A stretch of 64,000 nt of DNA from positions 84-64,083 of the forward strand of contig CAZRTL010000006.1 of the NCBI GenBank assembly GCA_964603065.1, written 5' to 3'. The notes below the pieces were generated by a model. It saw only the letters and a list, made by a program, of their open reading frames with translations, ran no database searches and was not told where the DNA came from. The DNA comes from Candidatus Woesearchaeota archaeon. Its GTDB lineage: Archaea > Nanobdellota > Nanobdellia > SCGC-AAA011-G17 > PNOQ01. This document shows, piece by piece, positions 1 to 8,555 of the stretch (position 1 is its first letter; the number at the start of each line of letters is the position of its first letter). Position numbers and translations under genes: made by a program.

Positions 1-2
1 AT

Positions 3-1007
3 TATGACCAAAAGGGCCAGATTATTCAAATTGAAGAGATTATGGATTATGGAATTTTTGAAACTATTTATGATTATGATTTAACTGGAAATGTTATTTC
101 TATTATCAATAGCGTGACTGGGGACATTACATTATATGATTATAATATGGTTGGACAATTAGAGAATGTTTCTTTTAATGGAAATAAGGTTGAATATAGT
201 TATTATGATGATGGGTTAATAGACCAAATAAATTATCCAAACGGAGTATCAACTAATTATATTTATGATACTAGAAATTTTGTTGAAGAAATAAGAATTG
301 ACAATACAGTCGGTAATATATTTGATGAACAGTACTATTATGACAACGTTGGTAACTTGTTAAGAACAGAAGATTGGGAGCCAATAAATAATAATCCTGG
401 AACGGAGGGAAAATGTGCAGAATTTAATTATGATGATTTATACAGGTTAACTGATGTTACCGATAGAGGACAGGGCTGTGATGATAGTCAAGAATGGACT
501 GATTATTACAACCCAAATCCCGATCAAGGAATTGGAGTTAACTTAGATTATACTTATGATGCTGTAGGGAACAGGTTGACTAGGGCTGTTGGAGGATATA
601 TAACTGACCCTTGGGATGAAACTTATATTTATGGCTATGAAGGGGGACAGCCTAGTGGCGCTTCTCAGAACAATAAATTAGCTTTTACCGAATCTGATGT
701 TGTTGGGGATTGTAATTATCATTATGATGCTGCGGGAAATTTAAGAAGTAAAAGATGTAATGATGGTCAGACGAAAGTAGATTATATTGTTGATTATAAA
801 AACATGATAACGGATATAATTTATTATGAATGGATAGATAATGATTATTTATTGACTGGAGAGTCTCTGAGTTTTGAGTATGATGCGTTGGGTAGAAGAG
901 TTAAGAAATTAGTTATAACTTCTGATTCAGAGTTAGAGACAATTTATAGTTATGGTCTTGGAATGAATCCTTTATTTGAAGATACTAGAGAGTTATTGGA
1001 TTCTTAG
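3..1007 (+). CDS. YD/RHS-repeat protein, C-terminal part (the N-terminus lies upstream of the window)
   Basis: Repeated YD motifs (YDYDLTGN, YYDDGLID, YIYDTRN, YYYDNVGN, YTYDAVGN, FEYDALGRR). The reading frame is open to the window edge. The protein ends just before where an RHS core would normally begin. Confidence 0.8.
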   Translation, partial: YDQKGQIIQIEEIMDYGIFETIYDYDLTGNVISIINSVTGDITLYDYNMVGQLENVSFNGNKVEYSYYDDGLIDQINYPNGVSTNYIYDTRNFVEEIRIDNTVGNIFDEQYYYDNVGNLLRTEDWEPINNNPGTEGKCAEFNYDDLYRLTDVTDRGQGCDDSQEWTDYYNPNPDQGIGVNLDYTYDAVGNRLTRAVGGYITDPWDETYIYGYEGGQPSGASQNNKLAFTESDVVGDCNYHYDAAGNLRSKRCNDGQTKVDYIVDYKNMITDIIYYEWIDNDYLLTGESLSFEYDALGRRVKKLVITSDSELETIYSYGLGMNPLFEDTRELLDS

Positions 1008-1043
1008 TAAGCTTTATTAATTCTTTATCTTTGTTTTTATTGT

Positions 1044-1118
1044 GGACTCGTAGCTCAGCTTGGATAGAGCACTTCCCTCCTAAGGAAGGGGTCGAGGGTT
1101 CAAATCCCTTCGGGTCCG
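1044..1118 (+). tRNA. tRNA-Arg(CCT)
   Basis: Manual cloverleaf: acceptor GGACTCG/CGGGTCC, D arm GCTC..GAGC, anticodon stem CTTCC/GGAAG with loop CTCCTAA, T arm GAGGG-TTCAAAT-CCCTC. Confidence 0.85.
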
Positions 1119-1159
1119 CTTGTAGTAATTTTTTTAAATAATGAGGAGTAAATAATGCT

Positions 1160-2428
1160 ATGGGAAAGAGTGTGATATTTGTAGTTTTGCTAATAATTAG
1201 TATTAGTTTAGTTTCTGCTAAAGTTATTGATATCCCCAAAGTTAAACAGGGAAAATTTTTACCAGAAAATATTCAAGAGGATTCTCCAATTGGAATAAAA
1301 AGGTATGTTTATGGTGGTAACTCTTTAGTTGCTTCTCAAGATAGTGAAGGAGTTAAATATTATCATCAAGATAGACTTTGGAGTAATAGAGTAATTACTG
1401 ATTCTTCTGGAAATAAAGATAGTGAGTTTTTGTCTTTGCCTTTTGGACAAGTAGTGATTGAAGGCATAGATTATAGTTTTACTGGAAAAGAGTTAGATTC
1501 TTCTGGATTATATTACTTTGGAGCTAGATATTATGATTCTAATTTGGGAAGGTTTTCTTCTAGGGATCCTGTTCCGAATGAATTACCTTATGCTTATGTT
1601 GGAAATAATCCTATGAATTTTATTGATCCTGATGGAATGGATAGATATTCTATGTTGGCAGGAGATAAATCTATTGTTGGGCATTATCTTACTCCAGTTC
1701 TTCCTTTTAATTATATCAAAGATGTTACTGGATCGACAACTCTTGGTGCTTTAGGAGGGATTGCTTTTATGTTGGGTCATGAATGGGGGGAATATACCAA
1801 TCCTGCGATGTATAATTTTCCTGGCACTATTCAAGGGGCAGGCTATAGTTTTGGTGAATACCTGAATAGTCCTGATACGAGAGAGGATTTAAGATTGGGG
1901 ATAATTGGTTTAGCTGTAGAAAGTTTGAATCTTCCGGTTTCAATTGAAACAGAATCTTTATTTTTATCTGGGCAAGATAATCCTTTGGCTGCTGCCCCTT
2001 ATAATGAAAGAGTTTTTTTCGGTTTAGAATCTGGGAGTATTGAGAATGAGGGTATGTCCTTGAGATTTGGTTTGGTTGCTGGGCATAATGAGCCTGTCGC
2101 TGATGATGCTTTGCCCCTTTCTCATGTTTATACAAATAGGGGAGTAGGATTTGGATTTAGTAGCTTGGGAAGCCATGGCCAGATTGGAGATGCTGGAGAC
2201 TTTTTAGGGTTAGGGATAAGAATAAAGAAAACTCTTTTTTCGATTGATAGTATTGGAGTGAGCTTTCCTGCTTATGGCTTGTTTAGTATTAATCAACCAA
2301 GAGAAGGTAGTTCTTATGGCCAGCTATCTGGAGGGGCCGGCATAGAATTTAATGATTGGGGTAGATTCCCTATACGCATGGTTTCTAGTGGTGATTCGAT
2401 AGGATTGGGTATTGGCGGAAGTTTTTAG
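1160..2428 (+). CDS. Secreted RHS-repeat-associated core domain protein with a Gly-rich C-terminal domain of unknown function (toxin-like cassette)
   Basis: N-terminal signal peptide. RHS core signature YYHQDRLWSNRVITDSSGN...PFGQ...FGARYYDSNLGRFSSRDPV..PYAYVGNNPMNFIDPDG. The RHS core is shared with 5139..6236; the C-terminal domain is different. Confidence 0.75.
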   Translation: MGKSVIFVVLLIISISLVSAKVIDIPKVKQGKFLPENIQEDSPIGIKRYVYGGNSLVASQDSEGVKYYHQDRLWSNRVITDSSGNKDSEFLSLPFGQVVIEGIDYSFTGKELDSSGLYYFGARYYDSNLGRFSSRDPVPNELPYAYVGNNPMNFIDPDGMDRYSMLAGDKSIVGHYLTPVLPFNYIKDVTGSTTLGALGGIAFMLGHEWGEYTNPAMYNFPGTIQGAGYSFGEYLNSPDTREDLRLGIIGLAVESLNLPVSIETESLFLSGQDNPLAAAPYNERVFFGLESGSIENEGMSLRFGLVAGHNEPVADDALPLSHVYTNRGVGFGFSSLGSHGQIGDAGDFLGLGIRIKKTLFSIDSIGVSFPAYGLFSINQPREGSSYGQLSGGAGIEFNDWGRFPIRMVSSGDSIGLGIGGSF

Positions 2429-2432
2429 AAAT

Positions 2433-3266
2433 TTAAATTTTTACAGCAATTCTACCATCTTTTAGAATTCTTACTTTGCCCCCCGATTCTGAAACGGTTA
2501 TTGCTATTGCATTTGTTTCTTTTGTTATAGCCGCACAAGCTCTGTGTTTAGTTCCAAATCCTCCCGGTAAATCTATATCAGAAATATTGATATCTAAATA
2601 TGTTCCTGCGCTTATTATGTGCCCTTCTTCATCTATTATGAAAGCTCCATCCAGTTGAGCAAATTCTTTTACGGTTTCTTTTACAGAAAGATCTGTGATT
2701 TTTATTTTTTCATCTAATCTTCCGAATGGGTTTATTATTAGTTGTTTTAAATATCTGTTTAGCTCCGATATTTCACCAATAATAAAAGCTGTGCCTATTT
2801 TTCTTCCTTCTCTTCCTTCTTGAGAGATTTCTCTTGCTATATCTAAAACAGCTTCAATTATCTCAGGACTTATTTTTTCAGAAATGTTTTGTTTTCCCAT
2901 TTTAAAGAAAACTTCATCAACATCAAATATGAAAAGAACACCTTTATACCCAGTCCCCATACTCCCATCCTCTATACAAACAATTTTCTCTCCTTTTTTT
3001 ATATAATCTTTTGTTATAGACTCCATGAGAATTTCTTTTACAGGAACTATGGAACCAGTCTCTAATCTTTTTATTTTTGTTTTATACTCTATTTTTTTAT
3101 ATACTTTTGGCTGGACTTTTTTAAAAATTGTTACTTTTATATCTAATTTTTCTTCTTCTTCATATTCTTCTTTTTGTATTTTCTCTATAGAAACTATTCC
3201 ATCTGCATTGATTTCTCGGGCTATTTTAGTAGCTGCTGCTCCAATAGACTGCTCAATAAGGTTCAT
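2433..3266 (-). CDS. dacZ: Diadenylate cyclase (DAC domain, DacZ-like)
   Basis: DAC motifs DGAFIID and GTKHRACAAIT followed by VSESGG. Confidence 0.75.
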   Translation of the reverse strand: MNLIEQSIGAAATKIAREINADGIVSIEKIQKEEYEEEEKLDIKVTIFKKVQPKVYKKIEYKTKIKRLETGSIVPVKEILMESITKDYIKKGEKIVCIEDGSMGTGYKGVLFIFDVDEVFFKMGKQNISEKISPEIIEAVLDIAREISQEGREGRKIGTAFIIGEISELNRYLKQLIINPFGRLDEKIKITDLSVKETVKEFAQLDGAFIIDEEGHIISAGTYLDINISDIDLPGGFGTKHRACAAITKETNAIAITVSESGGKVRILKDGRIAVKI

Positions 3267-3303
3267 TTCGTTAGTAGGAGTTAGAATTTATTAAAAAGCC
3301 TTT

Positions 3304-5088
3304 CTATAATTTAGCTTCTATGTTTTCGTTTTTGTCCAAAGATTCAATTAATGTTCTTCCTAATTGGGATTTTTTGTGGATTTGTATTTTTGATTTGTTT
3401 GAAGCTATTGCTGAGAATAAAAACTGTCCATTTAGTGTAAATTCTATTGATTTCTTTACTATGTTTTTTGGAAATTTGAAAACTATATATTTAGCTGTGT
3501 CTGCAACCTCATAAGTTAGAGATTCTTGTCTTTTTAACTTTGGTTTAACTGTTAATTTAATTCCTACTTTGTTTTCAATGTTTTCTATTCTTTTTCCTTT
3601 TGTTCCGATTATTTGGGCAATATCTTTTTCTGGAATGAATATGTTTGCTCTATTTTGTGAGATAATTTCAACTTCTGCATCTTTCGAATATTGTCTTATT
3701 TCTTTTAGTAATTGTTTCTCTGCTAATTTTTGAGATGGAGATTTATCATTTTGAACAGGAATTATTACCGTTTCTTCCCCATAGGAATATATTTCATATG
3801 CTAATGTATTTTCGTTAAAATCAAAAACTTCAATTACTGGACGTGCTAAATCTGCTTCTGTCATTCCTGATGGAACTTTAACTGACATTTTTAGAGTTAG
3901 AACTTTCTCGACTTTTCCCGAGTCCATGAAAATTATTGTATCAACTACTGAAGGAATTAATCCGGTGTCTGTTCGGCCTATAAATCTTTGAACTGCATCT
4001 ATTGCAGAAGCCGAGTGTAAAACTCCAAGGCATTCAGAACCTGCTAACCTTAGATCCATGAATAGTTTGAAATCAGGAGTGTCTCTTATTTCGTCGAAAA
4101 TTAAGTTATCTGGTCTTGAAAGGAATAAAATGTCGTGTATCTCTTCGGATGTTGAAAAGTTTTTTGAGTATTGAGTAATTCTATCATCTAGTTGTAGATC
4201 TCTTGGAGATTCAACTGTTTTTGTTATTTTGTTATTTTGAGCATAATATTCGGCTATTGCCTGAGCTAGAGTTGATTTTCCCGACCCAGTTTCTCCTGCT
4301 ATTAATACTCCTCTAGCTTGAGCCTTTACTCTTTCTAATAAAGATTCATCTAATTTATAATCATCTAAGTTTAACTTTTTAATTGGTCTTATTGCAGTTA
4401 TTTCAAGACCATCAGAAATTGGTTTTCTTACTATAACTATTCTGTAGTTTTTATATTGTATTACTGTTGAACCCGAACGTGAAATTTCTACAAAGGATTT
4501 TGGATCCATTCTAGCTTTTTCAATTATTTCTTTGGCTAATTCATTTATTTTTTTGTATTTTAATTTTTTTCCTGTTTTGACAAGTTGCCAGTTTCCTGGA
4601 GCGCCTCTTTTTGCTAGGGGTATGGAATCTTCTTTTAGATGAACTGACATAGTTGTTTTGTCGAAATATTTTTCTATGCTTAATTTTTGTTTTGGTCTAA
4701 CTTGTTCTATGAAATTTACTTCTAGACCATAAACTCTTGCAGACTCTGCTTGAACTATGTCTGCAGTTATTAATGTAGAAGACTCTTCGTATGCAATTTG
4801 CCTTATCATTGCATCTATTTCACCAGATTTTGCAAATTTAATTTGATCGGGAGTTGGCCTAGATCCAACAAACCTTAATTCTACTTTCCCTTGTTTCTTT
4901 AGTTCTTGAAGTTTTTTTAGTTCATCAAGTCCAAGAAATCCAGTTTCTTTTCTTCTATTTGCTTGAGCTTCAAGTTCTGAAACTGCTGCATTTGCTATGA
5001 TTATTGTTCCCTGTATCTCTTTTTTTTCTATTGATTCAGAAATAACTCCTTCAATTATTGCAGAAGTATCTGGTACATATGTTTTCAT
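3304..5088 (-). CDS. PIN-domain / PilT-like ATPase / KH-domain protein
   Basis: N-terminal PIN-like region. Walker A GETGSGKST. C-terminal KH motif IIGTKGKRI. Confidence 0.6.
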   Translation of the reverse strand: MKTYVPDTSAIIEGVISESIEKKEIQGTIIIANAAVSELEAQANRRKETGFLGLDELKKLQELKKQGKVELRFVGSRPTPDQIKFAKSGEIDAMIRQIAYEESSTLITADIVQAESARVYGLEVNFIEQVRPKQKLSIEKYFDKTTMSVHLKEDSIPLAKRGAPGNWQLVKTGKKLKYKKINELAKEIIEKARMDPKSFVEISRSGSTVIQYKNYRIVIVRKPISDGLEITAIRPIKKLNLDDYKLDESLLERVKAQARGVLIAGETGSGKSTLAQAIAEYYAQNNKITKTVESPRDLQLDDRITQYSKNFSTSEEIHDILFLSRPDNLIFDEIRDTPDFKLFMDLRLAGSECLGVLHSASAIDAVQRFIGRTDTGLIPSVVDTIIFMDSGKVEKVLTLKMSVKVPSGMTEADLARPVIEVFDFNENTLAYEIYSYGEETVIIPVQNDKSPSQKLAEKQLLKEIRQYSKDAEVEIISQNRANIFIPEKDIAQIIGTKGKRIENIENKVGIKLTVKPKLKRQESLTYEVADTAKYIVFKFPKNIVKKSIEFTLNGQFLFSAIASNKSKIQIHKKSQLGRTLIESLDKNENIEAKL

Positions 5089-5138
5089 AATTTTGTTATT
5101 AGGAAAGGTTTTTATATACTTTTTCTTTTTAATATAGT

Positions 5139-6236
5139 ATGAAGAAGAGTGTGATTTTGGTAGTGTTACTGTTATTATTTATTCCTATATCTAGTTCTAA
5201 AACTGTTGATATACCCGGAGTTGAAAGAGGAAGTTTAATTGGCGAGGATGTTCCTTCAGAGCCCTTACAAGAAATAGGAGTAACTAGATACGTTTATGCA
5301 GGAAATAACTTAGTGGCTTCTCAAGTTGGAAATGATATTAAGTATTATCATCAAGATAGACTAGGAAGTAATAGATTAATTACAGATTCTTCCGGAAATG
5401 AAGATGGAGAGTTTTTATCTTTACCTTTTGGACAGCCTGTTGTTGATGAAGTTGAGTATGGTTTTACAGGAAAAGAGCAAGATTCTTCAGGTTTACATTA
5501 TTTTGGAGCGAGATATTATGATTCAAATTTAGGAAGATTTACTTCTAGAGATCCAGTTCTTAGTGAACTTCCTTACGCTTACGTTTCTAACAATCCTATG
5601 AATTTCATTGATCCTAGTGGAGCTATTCGAGAGTACGCTATTCAGAAGGGAGACGATTTGACTAAAATCAGTGAGCGTTTTGATACTAGTGTAGATGAGC
5701 TTGTTAAATTGAATAACCTACAAGATCCAAATTTAATTAAGGTGGGCCAAATGATTAGACTGCCGGATTTTTCTTTATCTAAATCTTCTGAATCTAGACT
5801 AAGCACTGTTGATTCCGACTTAGCGAAAGTTATTAGAGAGGCCCAAAAAGACTCCCCATTTGAGTTCCAAATAGTCGAAGGAAAAAGAACTAGGACCAGG
5901 CAATCTGACCTTTATAAAAAAGCAAGAAAATGGGTTGGAAAAGGCCAGACTCAAGATCCCACTGCCAATAATGTTCATCTTTGGGTTCCTATAAAAACTA
6001 ATTCTAAAGGGAGATGCGTCGGATGTGTTACTTGGACTTTGAGTTCTAAACATTTTTCTGGAAAAGCCGTGGATTTGGTGGAAGTTGACTCTAAAGGAAA
6101 TTTTGATTGGAACTATCCTCACTATAAAGAGATCTCGGCTCACATAAAAGCTACTGCTAAGAGAATGGGAATAACTATTGAATGGGGTGGAGATTGGAAG
6201 GATGATCGCGACATCCCACATTGGCAAGTTAAATAA
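5139..6236 (+). CDS. Secreted RHS-core domain protein with LysM and peptidase-M15 (LAS metallopeptidase) C-terminal domains
   Basis: Signal peptide. The RHS core (YYHQDRLGSNRLITDSSGN...FGARYYDSNLGRFTSRDPV) is paralogous to 1160..2428. LysM: YAIQKGDDLTKISERF...VGQMIRLP. M15 motifs SKHFSGKAVDL and WGGDW..DIPHWQ. Confidence 0.75.
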   Translation: MKKSVILVVLLLLFIPISSSKTVDIPGVERGSLIGEDVPSEPLQEIGVTRYVYAGNNLVASQVGNDIKYYHQDRLGSNRLITDSSGNEDGEFLSLPFGQPVVDEVEYGFTGKEQDSSGLHYFGARYYDSNLGRFTSRDPVLSELPYAYVSNNPMNFIDPSGAIREYAIQKGDDLTKISERFDTSVDELVKLNNLQDPNLIKVGQMIRLPDFSLSKSSESRLSTVDSDLAKVIREAQKDSPFEFQIVEGKRTRTRQSDLYKKARKWVGKGQTQDPTANNVHLWVPIKTNSKGRCVGCVTWTLSSKHFSGKAVDLVEVDSKGNFDWNYPHYKEISAHIKATAKRMGITIEWGGDWKDDRDIPHWQVK

Positions 6237-6253
6237 ATGGCCCCCTAGAATGT

Positions 6254-6967
6254 TTAAATCTTTCTTAGAAATAATAAAAATCCGGTGTGGCCGAGCATTT
6301 GATTTTCTGGCCTTATAATTCCTTTTTCATATTTCCAGTTTCTTTCTAAAATTTCAATGAAATCAGTTACTTGTAAGTTTTCAGTTAAATTATCTAAAAC
6401 ATTTTGAATTTGAGGTATTGTTGGTACATAAATTACTAAGAATCCTCCAGAAGTTAAAGCTGATTCTGCATGTTTTAAAACTAAATGAGGCTTTTCTAAA
6501 TCTAAATTAATTAAATCTAGATCTTTTTCGTCGATTCCTTCGTAAATATCTTTATTTTTTATAGTTATATTTTTTAATCCTAAATCTTCAAAATTCTTTT
6601 CTGCTATTTTTATAAAATCTTTTCTTTTTTCATATGCTATTACTTTTTTTGCTATGTTTGCTAAGGAAGAAGTTAACATTCCGGAGCCAATTCCACAATC
6701 TAGAACTTTTGAATCTTTGTTTACTCCGGTTTCTATTATAATTCTTCCAATATCTTTTGAAGTCATTATTTGAGGACCTCTTTTTATTTTTTTTAGATTA
6801 TCTGGGAATTTTGCATCGTAAACTGAGAATTCTTTTTTTGTGTTTGATAAGACTTTTGATTTAGTTTTTATGTCTTTTTCTTTAATAACTCCAAAATTAG
6901 TATGAAGATCTCCTTCGCTCCAGTAAAACTTTTTGTTTTCTCTTTGAAGTATTTTTTTGTATTTCAT
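6254..6967 (-). CDS. trmI: tRNA (adenine-N1)-methyltransferase TrmI/Gcd14 family
   Basis: SAM-binding motif VLDCGIGSGMLTSSLA plus TrmI-like flanking regions. The start is moved to MKYKK because the upstream ORF extension is translation of tRNA-Leu. Confidence 0.6.
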   Translation of the reverse strand: MKYKKILQRENKKFYWSEGDLHTNFGVIKEKDIKTKSKVLSNTKKEFSVYDAKFPDNLKKIKRGPQIMTSKDIGRIIIETGVNKDSKVLDCGIGSGMLTSSLANIAKKVIAYEKRKDFIKIAEKNFEDLGLKNITIKNKDIYEGIDEKDLDLINLDLEKPHLVLKHAESALTSGGFLVIYVPTIPQIQNVLDNLTENLQVTDFIEILERNWKYEKGIIRPENQMLGHTGFLLFLRKI

Positions 6968-6975
6968 TTTAGAAA

Positions 6976-7059
6976 TGCAGGAGACAGGGTTCGAACCTGC
7001 GTAGGCACTAAGCCGAAGGATTTTGAGTCCTCCCCGTTTGACCACTCCGGCACTCCTGC
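6976..7059 (-). tRNA. tRNA-Leu(CAA), long variable arm
   Basis: Reverse complement GCAGGAG..GAGGA-CTCAAAA-TCCTT, long variable arm, T arm CAGG-TTCGAAC-CCTG, acceptor closes. Confidence 0.8.
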
Positions 7060-7133
7060 ATGTTTTTTGTGTAATTATTTTGATTTAAAAGTCTTATGGA
7101 AAGCTTTTTAATTTTGTATTTTTTCTTTTAGTT

Positions 7134-7985
7134 ATGCCAACTAATGTAACTCCAGAATATCAGAGAGCTGAAAAGGAATATTTTCAAGCTGAAGGAATAA
7201 AAGAGAAAGTAAAGTGTTTGCAGAGAATGCTATCTGTTGCTCCCAGCCATAAGGGAGGAGAGAAACTAAGAAAAGATATTAAACAAAGAATAGCTAGATA
7301 TAAATCTCTATTGGAGAAAGAGAAACAGGCTGGCAAGGGCAAGGGGGGAGGTCTAACTATTAAAAAAGAAGGATCTGCCCAAGTTGTTTTGATAGGTAAA
7401 ACTAATTCTGGAAAATCTTTTTTGTTGGGTAAAATTACTAATGCTAATCCTGAAATAGCCGAGTATGAACATACTACAAAAATTCCTGAAATTGGAACTA
7501 TGGAATATAATGGAGTGCCTATACAAATTGTTGAAATGCCCGCCATAACTGAAAATTATTTAGAAAAAGAAAAAGGGCCTATGTTTTTGGGTATTATTCG
7601 TGGAGCAGACTTAATAGTTATTTTAGCTGAAGATAAAGCTGAAGAGAAGTTTATTATAAAAGAATTGGAATTGGTTGGAATAAAAGGAGATAGGATTGTT
7701 GTTAGGAAGAAAGAGGATCCGTATCATATTAAAAATAAAATTTGGAGTTTTTTAAATTTAATTTATGTTTTTACCAAAACCCCGGGAAAGGAAAAAGATT
7801 ACCCTCCCCTTGCTTTAAAGAAAAGATCTACAGTAAGAGATTTAGCTTTGAATGTACATAAGGATTTTGTCAAAAAGTTTAGTTTTGCTAAAGTGTGGGG
7901 AAGATCTGCCAAACACGAAGGTATGAAATGTGGATTGAAACATGTTTTACAAAGTGGAGATATTATTGAGTTACACACAAAATGA
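7134..7985 (+). CDS. DRG/Obg-like GTP-binding protein with C-terminal TGS domain (G3/G4 motifs degenerate)
   Basis: P-loop GKTNSGKS. DRG-like N-terminal helix. TGS-like C-terminus. The DxxG and NKxD motifs are not conserved. Confidence 0.5.
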   Translation: MPTNVTPEYQRAEKEYFQAEGIKEKVKCLQRMLSVAPSHKGGEKLRKDIKQRIARYKSLLEKEKQAGKGKGGGLTIKKEGSAQVVLIGKTNSGKSFLLGKITNANPEIAEYEHTTKIPEIGTMEYNGVPIQIVEMPAITENYLEKEKGPMFLGIIRGADLIVILAEDKAEEKFIIKELELVGIKGDRIVVRKKEDPYHIKNKIWSFLNLIYVFTKTPGKEKDYPPLALKKRSTVRDLALNVHKDFVKKFSFAKVWGRSAKHEGMKCGLKHVLQSGDIIELHTK

Positions 7986-8530
7986 GAAGAGATAAATTTA
8001 CTTCAAGGGCAAAAAGTGAGGGATACAAGGCGAGAAGTGTCTTTAAACTGAAAAATTTAGATAATAAATTTAAGTTAATAAAAAAAGAAGATAAAATTTT
8101 GGATTTAGGAGCATGGCCAGGCAGTTGGAGTCAATACTCTTTGGAGAAAGGTGCGGAAGTTGATGCAGTTGATGTTGCCAAAATTAAGATAGATGGAATT
8201 AATTTTATTGAGGCAAATGTTTTTGATGAAGATCTAATTGAAAAATTAGATATGTATGACATTGTAATGAGCGATTTAGCTCCCAAAACAATTGGAGTTA
8301 GGAAAATAGATAATGAAGCAAGTTTTGAACTGAGTATGCGGGCATTAGAAATAGCAAAAGAAGTTTTAATTAAAAAGGGAAGTTTTATCTGTAAAATTTT
8401 CCAAAGTGAATTTTTTGATAAATTTTTAAAAGAAGTGAAAAAAGAATTTAGATCTGTTAAAGTAATAAAGCCAGAGGCTTCTAAAAAAAGAAGTAAGGAA
8501 ATTTATATCATCGGTATTAGAAAGATTTAA
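7982..8530 (+). CDS. rlmE: 23S rRNA 2'-O-ribose methyltransferase RlmE/FtsJ
   Basis: FtsJ motifs RSRAAFKL-like (YKARSVFKLKNL), DLGAWPGSWSQ, MSDLAPK. Overlaps the preceding gene in an ATGA junction. Confidence 0.8.
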   Translation: MRRDKFTSRAKSEGYKARSVFKLKNLDNKFKLIKKEDKILDLGAWPGSWSQYSLEKGAEVDAVDVAKIKIDGINFIEANVFDEDLIEKLDMYDIVMSDLAPKTIGVRKIDNEASFELSMRALEIAKEVLIKKGSFICKIFQSEFFDKFLKEVKKEFRSVKVIKPEASKKRSKEIYIIGIRKI

Positions 8531-8555
8531 ATAAATCTTTTTTCAATTTTATTTT

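Noticed and set aside
985-1239. Minus-strand ORF 985..1239 spanning tRNA-Arg
   Set aside because: It overlaps a well-folded tRNA and the start of the RHS-core gene.
1827-2135. Antisense or embedded ORFs such as 1827..2135, 2476..2658, 9214..9813, 10303..10608, 14014..14487, 23120..23515 and 58481..59020
   Set aside because: Each lies wholly inside a longer ORF with clear homology on the opposite strand or in another frame, and has low-complexity composition. They are treated as non-coding.
6968-7045. N-terminal extensions of ORFs 6254..7045, 38895..39911 and 43608..45656 in the supplied track
   Set aside because: The extensions are translations of tRNA-Leu(CAA), tRNA-Gln and tRNA-Val respectively and use non-ATG starts. 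The CDS starts were moved to the first plausible Met downstream of each tRNA.
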